DNA of 64,000 nucleotides from contig OZ249442.1 of NCBI GenBank assembly GCA_965235115.1, positions 18,786,001-18,850,000 of the forward strand, in the 5' to 3' direction. Position numbers and translations under genes: made by a program. Shown here piece by piece: positions 35,031-46,500 of this stretch (position 1 is its first letter; every line of letters starts with the position of its first letter). The notes under the pieces are model-generated. The model was not told the origin of the DNA. It saw nothing but the letters and a program-made list of their open reading frames with translations, and ran no database searches. Source of the DNA: Laetmonice hystrix (Eukaryota).

Positions 35031-38000
35031 GTAAGGTAACTTGTCACGTGTGTTTTCTAGGAACTGTGACCGGTTCCTTGGTGACCGTGTCTGGGTCGAG
35101 ACCTACTTCACGTCGAAGCTGTCTACATTCTCGGCCATTGCATACAACCAACAGAGAATAGTATTTGTGAGCAAAGGTATATATCCCTACTTTACCTGGG
35201 AGAGCGGAATGTGACATCCTGGTATTGTTGCTGGGCAATATAGCAGCCATAGTTCCACTCCCACAACGGCAATTAAGAGCAGACTGTATCATATCATGGA
35301 CTACAATGGAGAAACCATGGAATCTGTATGCGATCTAGTCACCGAGAAGTCCAACAGGTGTTTAGTATTGATGCTTGATGAGAAAAGTTTCGATTAACAT
35401 GTGCATTTAGGATCTGAAGCAGACGATGACCCAGGATGTATAGATGAAAGGAAACACAGTAAATTGTGTAAGACCACCGGACGACTCTATCTCCAGATTG
35501 TCGCCATCTGATCCGCTGTCTTATTCTTGGCTCCTAGGCAACATGTAACTACGACCAGTCATAGTGTCACGAAATGCAGGACGAGCAGGAAACACCTTAA
35601 TAACTGCAATGACGAATCGAATAATTATAACGTGAATTATTTAATATACACTGTAATGGGTTTTATTTCATGCTGTTAGCATGTAGCTTCTTTTATTATA
35701 CCCCCTCCCCCCCCCCCAATTTACACGGCCCTATTGGAGTAGGAGATGTGGATCTTGGCTGTGTGGCCAAGGATCAGGCTCCGACAAGGCGGCGATAAAC
35801 CCGCTGATGTGAATGAAAAATAAAACAGGTAATAATTATTGGAGTATACAGGAGGAAATTATTCATACACGATCTGTTATTTTCTCATCCATCACCAAGG
35901 TTGAAATTTTATTGAAAGAAAATGGAGTGTCTGCAGCTCAAGTCAGTGATCCCAAGCCATTCTCCTTAATGAATTGCATCAGAATGAATCAGGAGAGAAA
36001 TGTCATCTTTTTTATGAATTATAATTAACTTTCAATTAAGGCTACAGTGCAAATAAGATGGAAGAATAGGGGAGCGGCCTGCTGACAAGCCGAACAAAGG
36101 AAGGAATCGAGCTCTGAATGAGGTGCTTCCTATTACTCTGTGAATTTCTCAGATACCCTCCATTAATTAGACAAAGTGGGGAATAATTACCGTTGACTAA
36201 TTAGTGCAAAACCTTTATGTTGGCTTGTCACTCAGGCTGCAAAGCAGTTATACATTACGACATCAGGGAGATCATTAACGGGTAGGAATTACAGAACTGT
36301 CGGCGCTACTTTGTGAGGGGTGGCCAGACCTATACAACTGGGCTTCGTGCATTCTCATCCATATTAATTTCGCAAGCAAAAAGCTCATCAATCTTTGTCA
36401 CAGATGACATAGAAACAAAAAAATGGCACATTACTAACATTTGAATGCCATGATTTCCAGAGTAATGAACTAAGATTATATGAAGATGTTCGCAGAATGA
36501 TATTATTTCAAATTACATGAGCTTAGGTCAAGATGAACAGATATTTTTGGGTCCTATTCTTGTATCGTGGCTTATTGGTGGATGTATGATGAAACGACAG
36601 GCATAAATTCTTCCTAGTTGAACGTTAGTTACCAAATGACCAGTATTTTTATCTCGTACATGGAGGTGCAGTTATTTGCCCGATCCTTACACAACGACCC
36701 TCTAAATTGTTCCTCTCTGAGTGCACTCATTCAGATGTGCACGTCAAAATATGCCTCTATGTCAGATTTCTAGACGTGATGTATGTTAGGGACCTCCTTA
36801 CTGAGTGCATTCCATGTCCTAGTCACTTGACCCCACTCATCTCTGAAAAATGTGACCTCTCATGTGTGCCAGCTGGTCGTCAAGTCTGTATACAGAAGTA
36901 GATGGTTATAGCCTACGTATCATTAATGATCCACTATAATGATCTAATGGTTGGATTCCCCATCCACACATGTAAAATCAGTGTCTGAGGATGACATTCA
37001 CCGTTTCCAAACGATCAGTTTATATACCACTTATTGACCCCAGGAAGTCACACGACAGCTAACTGATGTATTCCAAAAAACGACAAGTAACGTCGATAAT
37101 GGTTACAGAATGAATGTTTTAATATATCATCAGGAATACATATATACAAAATGCAGGAGCACATTCTACATTATCCAGAACTTTTTCTGTCTTAAACTGG
37201 AACAAGAGATGAATGCCATAATTATTACCTGATGGTATGCTAACTACCATCGTCGCTTTCTACAACATATGTCACATGAACATTTGGTGGCTACTTACAT
37301 ATGAAACATGTACCATGAAGTACTCTGCATACTTGCTATTTTCTGTGCGGGTACCCCATCATTTGACATATATTGACAATAAATAGCAAGCCAGGGAAGG
37401 AAGGGCAAAAGCATTTATTTTTGCATCATAATACATCTATGCTACATTTTCAACAGATCCTCAACCGTGGGCAAATTGTTCCGTAATTCACTTAAGAATG
37501 AGCTTGTGGGGATTTAGTAATGATAGGCTTGTTGCTAAACAATGCAGGAAAGGTTAACAATTTTGGACTGTCAAGATTATCCTAATCATATCCACATCTT
37601 GACGGTAGAAAATCTTCAGATTAATAGAGTGGCTAGCGATGGGCGGCGCAGCATACCACCGGTTTAAACCCTACACTGGTGCATAATGGCATCCGTCGTC
37701 ACAAAGATCGTGACTCACTAATGTTTTACACAGGCTTTAATATACCGGCTCAAGGCTTGCTGACCTGTGTGACCTGGCCCTAACTGCATGTGATCTTAGC
37801 GTACCTCATTGCTGCCCGTGTTATAATCCCTTCCTTTATAGAATCAGCCCTGTTACTTTTCAAGATAAGTCTTGATCCTCGATTCTTGCCTAGAGCCAAG
37901 AACAGAAATATGGAAGCTTGGAATTCTTATTTGGATCATTTTATTGGGACTTGAGGCAGACCTACCTGGGCCCATCAAAAAAGAAGTTTTAAGGATACGC

Positions 38001-38051
38001 CAATAAAGGTTGTCTGAGATAAAAGCTAAATCTTGTCCGTAAACAACAGCA

Positions 38052-39714
38052 TAGTCTATGAAACCATAATAAAGAGTATGGTAGTCTATAAAACCACAGT
38101 GTAGAGTATGGTAGTCTGTGAAGGCATAGTGTAGAGTACATGGTAGTCTGTGAAGGCATAGTGTAGAGTATGATAGTCTGTGAAGGCATAGTGTAGTGTA
38201 TGGTAGTCTGTGAAGGCATAGTGTAGTGTATGGTAGTCTGTGAAGGCATAGTGTAGTGTATGGTAGTCTGTGAAGGCATAGTGTAGTGTATGGTAGTCTG
38301 TGAAGGCATAGTGTAGTGTATGGTAGTCTGTGAAGGCATAGTGTAGTGTATGGTAGTCTGTGAAGGCATAGTGTAGTGTATGGTAGTCTGTGAAGGCATA
38401 GTGTAGTGTATGGTAGTCTGTGAAGGCATAGTGTAGTGTATGGTAGTCTGTGAAGGCATAGTGTAGTGTATGGTAGTCTGTGAAGGCATAGTGTAGTGTA
38501 TGGTAGTCTGTGAAGGCATAGTGTAGTGTATGGTAGTCTGTGAAGGCATAGTGTAGAGTACATGGTAGTCTGTGAAGGCATAGTGTAGAGTATGGTAGTC
38601 TGTGAAGGCATAGTGTAGAGTATGATAGTCTGTGAAGGCATAGTGTAGAGTATGGTAGTCTGTGAAGGCATAGTGTAGAGTATGGTAGTCTGTGAAGCCA
38701 GTATAGAGGATGGTGGTATATGAAGCCATAGTGTAGTGTATGGTAGTCTATGAAGCCAGTATAGAGGATGGTGGTATATGAAGCCATAGTGTAGTGTATG
38801 GTAGTCTATAAAACCACAGTGTAGAGTATGGTAGTCTGTGAAGGCATAGTGTAGTGTATGGTAGTCTGTGAAGCCAGTATAGAGGATGGTGGTATATGAA
38901 GCCATAGTGTAGTGTATGGTAGTCTATGAAGCCAGTATAGAGGATGGTGGTATATGAAGCCATAGTGTAGTGTATGGTAGTCTATAAAACCACAGTGTAG
39001 AGTATGGTAGTCTGTGAAGGCATAGTGTAGTGTATGGTAGTCTATGAAGCCAGTATAGAGGATGGTGGTATATGAAGCCATAGTGTAGTGTATGGTAGTC
39101 TATAAAACCACAGTGTAGAGTATGGTAGTCTGTGAAGGCATAGTGTAGTGTATGGTAGTCTGTGAAGCCAGTATAGAGGATGGTGGTATATGAAGCCATA
39201 GTGTAGTGTATGGTAGTCTGTGAAGCCAGTATAGAGGATGGTGGTATATGAAGCCATAGTGTAGTGTATGGTAGTCTGTGAAGCCAGTATAAAGGATGGT
39301 GGTATATGAAGCCATAGTGTAGTGTATGGTAGTCTGTGAAGCCAGTATAGAGGATGGTGGTATATGAAGCCATAGTGTAGTGTATGGTAGTCTATGAAGC
39401 CAGTATAGAGGATGGTGGTATATGAAGCCATAGTGTAGTGTATGGTAGTCTATAAAACCACAGTGTGGTATGGTAGTCTGTGAAGGCATAGTGTAGAGTA
39501 CATGGTAGTCTGTGAAGGCATAGTGTAGAGTATGGTAGTCTGTGAAGGCATAGTGTAGTGTATGGTAGTCTATGAAGCCAGTATAGAGGATGGTGGTATA
39601 TGAAGCCATAGTGTAGTGTATGGTAGTCTATGAAGCCAGTATAGAGGATGGTGGTATATGAAGCCATAGTGTAGTGTATGGTAGTCTATAAAACCACAGT
39701 GTGGTATGGTAGTC
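38052..39714. repeat. 30-bp minisatellite with higher-order structure, about 55 units
   Basis: Unit GTGTAGTGTATGGTAGTCTGTGAAGGCATA; 12 perfect copies at 38191-38550; mixed 28/30-bp variants to the right. Confidence 0.98.
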
Positions 39715-42700
39715 ACTTATTATTTGTATCTCACCTTATTTTTATTGTATGTTGGTGAATTCACATTCTTATCGTCGGAAAAATGTTCGCCCGTTTAAAG
39801 AGTTTGCTTTCTGAAAGTATGTTTCTATGTCCCTATACCATACTGTTCCTACTTTTAGTGATGCTAGGCTGAGGGTGTTACTAAAGAAAGTGAAGAGAGC
39901 TGAAAAAGACAACATATGTATCGTAGAAACTAGCTTGTATCAGCGTTGTATATACCCATACACACCATTTATTTAGAGGCTGGAATGAACTAATTAATCA
40001 GCTTCACAAATACAGTGTCGTGTGTACATGTATTATATAGTCCCTGTATCTCTCTCGGGCTACTGTTCGGAGCTGCTAATAATATTAGTCCTGGAAGAAG
40101 AAAAAAATAATGTTCCTTGCTCTGAACTTCGCCCCAAATTCCTACCCCCCCCCCCCGATCCTGTCTGTAACCTTGCAAAATCCAGCATCTAACCCCTAAC
40201 CCCAAATTCCGGTGGAAATGTACTATGGAGGAATAACCTATATAAAGACCCTTCCTAGAAGTGTTCAGGCCTGATCCAAACGTCCTCGCAATTACCACTC
40301 GCCTCATGGGGACACTGATCTTCCCATTTTTTCAGCCAGCTAACTTGGTGGAGAAAAAAACCCCAGGAGCTAATTAAAGGTATTAATTGGTCGACGCAGT
40401 GGTGACGTGGGTTCAATGATTTATGCTGACCCCTGCCCAGTAAGGTCAGTATATATTGACCCGAGAGAAAGGTGGGCCACCGGTGGCCGGCATACATTTC
40501 CATGTGCTGGAGATCCGCTATCGCTCACCCCGCTAGCCTCATTGTGGAGTGACGTGACACTGACGGTTGCCATGATAACCATCGACACCCGGCGAATAAT
40601 TAGCCGGCCAGTGTATGCAGGTATCGGGGCTGACGGATAGCCTGTAAAATATAGCCTTGCCCCACTATCCTTCCTATGCCAACATTGTCTTGGTCACCAG
40701 CAACATGATGGCAATGATAATGCCTTGTTTTGCCCCAAACAATCCATTATTTGTCAAAGGACACATTTACAAAGGTGTACCTGATAAAATTACTGATAAG
40801 TATCGTAAGAAAAGAATAGAGCTGCGCAGCATGCATGTAAGTATAACCAGGGGACAGAAAGACAGTAGAACCCTGGGCAAACTGGAGAAAACAGCAACCA
40901 AGATGACAGATGACTGCTCACATTCTGCCAACAAATCGCGACAAAAAGTCGCCGTCATTCCTCATATATAATAAATTATGTTGTATATGTTTATCTTGGC
41001 AGAACGACGCCAAATGTTGTTATTAGATAGAGAAACACATTTCTAAACAACTGTCTATGCAGTTTGATTAACAAGATCAAGTCCGTTCTCATATAAACAA
41101 GAAAACAGGCACATCAGCAGCCCAGCATGCTGATCAAAAACGGGGAAATTAAGATGAAAAATGGATATCATCATTTAGAGTGTGCTGCAAGAGACCATTT
41201 AGTATGATGGCCAATGGCTAATTTCAGCCTCCAATTGATCTTTTGCCCTAATTTCTAATCAGTTGTTCCTGATGTAATCAGTGTGATTAACATTAGCGAT
41301 ACTGTGACAATCATCCGAACATTAGATTGTGCTGATTGCCATTTAAGCAAGTAAACTGCAAACATAATTAGCCTTGGTAATGAGCGTCCTGATGTATGTT
41401 GTACTCGTGGTGTAATTGGCAGCGCAACTAAACGATGGCTCCATCAGCCAGCCTTTTGTCTCAGACACCAGTTACATGCTTCAGGCCTACTTACAGCGGT
41501 TAACCGTATTTTCTAAGTACCTCGTGCTGTTGTCTTTTGGTGTGATCTTCAGTGAGGGTTCCTTTGATTAGTACCGCTCCAGCCTTATTTTACAAAAGTT
41601 ACCTTGAAACAGTACCTTTAACAGCACAAGTCACTTTGATTGACTCCTGGTTCCCAGGTTTATCGTGTAACGTTTAAAGGGACCCCATTTGCTTTCAGTC
41701 CAATCAACCACAACGTACGCCGGTATTTGTATAAGTTAGATCTTGCATCAACAGGTAAACGATGATGATATTATCTATGAAGACTACTGGCTCCAACACT
41801 CTGCAAGTGTAAGCTGATCCTCGTGTCTGTCTAACTTCCTGTAAGTGGGGCACCAAGGCCTGTAATTCCTCAGACATTGGTAGCAAAATACACAGTGACT
41901 GATGAAACAGCTTTAACATTTGGAGAATGATAGTTTGGTTCATAAGCTTGGATTACACCGCTTGGACTGTTTAGTGCACAACACGATAGACAACTGATCC
42001 TCTGGAAGTTAAACGCTCTTATCTGTAGTTAAGTGCCCGCAAAGAATCCTAAATGTCACAGAACGTACTTCAAACTGCCTGCAACAGCATAGAACAAAGT
42101 TTTCTTATTCATGTGAAAGTCCCATGTTATATAGGCCCAAGCTATCTAAATATACCTTGGCAATAAGAATGTGTTTTTTGTTTTACCATGCCAGTGTCCT
42201 GGGTCAGGAGTAAGGTCAAATGTGCCAGAAATGAGTACTAATGAATTTCCATAATTAGTACGAGACCATTAGTACAAAGATTTTCCATAATAGCTATTGC
42301 AGGGTCCATCACAAGTATCAACAGCCATTTCCTCTTGGCCTCTGGAAAACTAGGTTACCTGTATTGTCACAATGAAATATTTCAGGCTTCTTTATCGTAG
42401 TTTTTCGGATAAAGAATACACACAAAGAACGATGAAAAATTGTTAATATTTCCATTCGAACGCACCAAAAGTGTGTTAGTGTTAATGCGTCAGTCTGGCA
42501 TCGTTTTCTGTTTTTCATCCAGCAGATTGTATCAATCCTCTTCATAAGTGCCCCTAGAAATGTTAAATGGCTGGATCATTAATTGAGTTGATTTGATTCA
42601 TTTAGGTGCCTATATCATAATGCATACCTTGGGACATGCCTGAGGAGTGAGACCTAATGAAGCAGACATACCTGAATATAGCAGCATTAATTGCCGCTTG

Positions 42701-43229
42701 CAACGTAAGATGGACGCCAAGCTAGCTGTATACTCCCAAAGATTCGCCAACCAATCTAATTAAAGTGAATAGAACCCGATATCTCCAAAGAAATTAATCT
42801 GAAATTACGGACTTAAGGTGGACAATGATGGATCTGTCGCACGGTTCTCCACCCGCTAAACCCCAGGTCCCCCCACAATCATTAAAATACGGACTACCTC
42901 AGGTTATAATCCGAGTGTAGCGCATGTTATACTTCATTCAGCCGCTTGCTGGGGACTGCGGGAATAGTAACCTGTTGTCCCAAGATTTGATAGAATACAT
43001 GCAGATGTCTTAGGCTCAGTGCTGCAGGGATGTTCATTAGACTGATCCTCCAAGTCACATATCTGAGGCTATGTAATAACGTGATTTCTGCAACCTGACC
43101 GGCATGTTGTACCCAGTATACAACTAGAGACTCGGCTGACGTTACTGAAGAGGTATTCCTCGGTTGAAATATATGTCTCTGCCTTAGGTAAGTTTTGAAT
43201 TTAAATGTGTCATTGGGTTATTTACCACT

Positions 43230-43510
43230 TGGTATTTCCGCATTTATGGATTGCTATTATAGTTTTTCTATTGAGAAATTATACATTAGGTATTGTGTTC
43301 TTTTGTGATGTTTGATTTAAGCAGCGTCATTAATTGAATAATTCAGGCCTCTTCTGTACAAAGTAAAAATAAGTTCCAACCACTATACAGGTATTGTATG
43401 GAACACCATGGCTTCGCAATATGAATTGATTACTTGGTGCATTTTATTACAAAGCTTCCAGTCCTAATAGATTACAAAACTTTCTCAAACAAAGCCTACT
43501 ATGACAAGTA
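43230..43510 (+). pseudogene. Possible highly decayed non-LTR retrotransposon (L2/Crack/CR1-like) ORF2 3' part
   Basis: Frameshifted fragments SIEKLYIRYC, ITWCILLQ, PNRL and KAYY occur in the order expected for the post-RT region (IEKVHxRFC...KYWxKLL...PNxRLP...AY). Many stops. Confidence 0.3.
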
Positions 43511-46500
43511 TGTAAATGTACCTATTGTTGGTAAGTCATCTAACAATCATAATGCATATACCGGTATTCTCACGCGATTGCTTGCATATTCATAAGTTCC
43601 TATTGTTACCATTTATGTCAAGTATACTACAATAATGAATATTTTCTCTGGACTTCTTACAGAGGTTTAAAGCTCGTATTACATTTCCTTTCTACTGTCT
43701 GTTTTAAACTGTGGATGAGATACACTGCTGCACTTTAGGAATGTCCAAATTACAACAAAAAGCAGAGTAGTACCACTTCCTGTATAGACCATACGCTCTG
43801 TACCTCATCAGCAAGGTGTGCGAACCGTTCATGGTAATTTACCAAGCGCTAATATTGACCAATATAGAACGATCTCCTCACCTTTATTATCGATGTCATA
43901 TGCATAGAATTAAATGTATATTAATGACCCCGTGCTGGGTTATATCTTAAACCGGCTCGGGTCGCGAGAAGTAAATTTCAGTCATCATGTGATCAAGTTC
44001 GTATCAGATAATTCAGATGACCCCTTCCTATTTAACACACATATATGTCAGTACTAATATAGCTATCAGGGGATTTGATATACTCTTAACTATAGGTGTC
44101 GGTAGTGTGACACTAAAGAACCTAACCAACACGTTAGGTTCTCCATTCAATTGTCAAGACAAGAGCCGCCTTGGGAAAAGCTGGTAGCCACAGGCGGAGG
44201 CCGAGAGCTATGACACGGGCTTGACACGAACGCTCGGCGCGGCACCTCACGGCACCCACAGCAAACTGCTGGGACCATCCAGGCCCCGACTCCCTCGGTC
44301 TACTCCGAAACTCTATGCATATCTCTGGCTGCATGAAGGCTCACCATACAGGCCTGCCTTGCCACACTAGATACAAATTCATGCTGGTAACAACGTCACA
44401 TTATACAGAATACCAGGGTGTGTAGTCATGATTGCATTAAGATCTACAGGAAATGGTGTTTCCATGGAAATCTGTTTTCATGGTTTCATATATATGAACT
44501 TATGTTAAACATGTTACAGACAACACCATGTGGAAGTAGAAAAACGTACATTTACAGTGTGAAAGTGATATTCAGGGGTATTATCGTGGTCACATCTGAT
44601 AAACTGAAGAGATATAGGCCAAATGCCACATACAGGTGGATATCACAGCACCACATTGTTTCAGGTGTCTTTGAGGTCCAGAAGGTGAACTTCAACTCTT
44701 ATTATTGATACAAGCTTTGAATCAATATATGACAGGGATGTTGGGTATTCAGGTCCGACTTGGAAGGCATTGGTGGTGAAATACACACTAACCGTGCTAC
44801 ACTATCTTTGAACTTGAGGCCATTGTCATGGGCGTGTCGCAAAGTTGCAAGGCAAATCAAAAAGACAAAAGTGCACCAAACCAGAGATGTTGCCCTTCTA
44901 CAGTGCAGGTTGATAAGTTGAGATCTCCAAAATACAATGCACCATTTCCAGCTTGGTGCATCTGAGGCATGTAAATGTTTAGGTTGAGCATGCCTTTTTC
45001 TAGGTTTTGTGAAGGACAAAGGTTTGTCTCAAAGGTAGGAGGAACTGGAGGCAGTGAAGATCAATGAGTATCACTCCGCCATTGGTATCGGGACTCAGTA
45101 AGGACAATCCAACTACCACTACGTACAAGCTGGAACCACTAGCTGTTTATCTTCAAAACATAATTCAGTAACTCTGCCAAATTCCAGATGGCACTTTTTG
45201 TACGGTAGGGATAAAGACGTTTGTCATCTTAGAATATAATATCCATGTGACAATGCGCCTTTGTGTGGGCTCCGAGCCAGCACAACTACAGCAGGTACGA
45301 GCGAGCTGTGTGGTATAGGACCTTGAGGGAGGTCATTCCTCCATACACTTAACGTGTCTCCTAATCATTATGCATACTTAATTCGACTTTTTATACACTA
45401 TGCTGACGGACACCAGGATAGGCCTCTAGGACACCTGGAGAAAAAAAGCGTGTGTGTGCGGGGGTGGGGGGTGGGGGCTTATCCCCCTTGTGGAAAAAAA
45501 ATATGATAATTTGGTCTACTGGCCAAGCACTTGACATTGTCACAATGATCGTCATCAACTCGGTATGACTAACAGTGTCAAAGATGACAAGCTATCTTCT
45601 TAATTTTTGGATTGTTACATGATTTGTGTATGACATGATAGCAATTTTTCTGCAATATATCCCAAAGAAAATTATTTTTTGCCATTCCTCCTTTCTGACA
45701 CTGTAGTTGCTTGATTGAACTTATTGAGTGTTCATTCTAACGTCAACTAAGATTTGTATTGAGACTAGTTCGATACGGCATTGAGCGTGGCTTGGCTCGG
45801 CGCGTGCCGTATCCCGGCAGAGACTGTCCAGCTTTCTGGCCAACAGAGCTCATTCATCCTGCCACTAATTGTCATGAATGGCCAGAATAATTGGACCTAT
45901 AATTATTAGTCATTCCATAATTACGTCTGCGCTGTACCAGCAAGCCAGACACCGCAGAGACTGCAAGATGTGCGAGACGTCCATTTTCTTACGGCTTAAT
46001 TACAGAATCATTCGATCATGGGAGAAATAGAGGCCAGGTCAGCCCGATAGTGACTTGATATCTAACGGCTGCAGGAGGCAGCAAGCCTGAAGAGATGGTG
46101 CTGTTTTCTTATCGCTTCGTGCTGATGAATCAGCATTATACCAAATCAGATGGCTGGTCAACCTGATAGTGGATGCTGGTGTCTGACGAATCAGTGAAAT
46201 TTCTTTTTCTGATGAATTAATTGCAGACTTATTCTATTATGATATGATAGATTGCAGATGGAAATCATCTCTGGAGTGAGTGAAATCTTTTGGTTGAGTT
46301 GTGCGAGTACTGGCTGGAAGCATCCTGCAGAGCATCTTCCTGATTTATTGATGCTGCACTGGGTCACAAATTATGTTGAAGGAATGTGTCGAAGAAATCG
46401 GACTGCTGGACATTACGGTTTGTCATAATCGATATCAGACGAATGTGTCAAATGCACACATCAGGAGGAGTTTAATTGCTGTGGCCTGGCGCCTCTGTTG

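Noticed and set aside
37853-39667. Overlapping 70-350 aa minus-strand ORFs (MASYTTILYTG.., HTLHYAFTDY..)
   Set aside because: All three frames are open because of the 30-bp repeat; no evidence of a real repetitive protein.
28493-39714. CRISPR-like array interpretation of the tandem repeats
   Set aside because: Units are contiguous with no unique spacers, there are no cas genes, and the context is eukaryotic.
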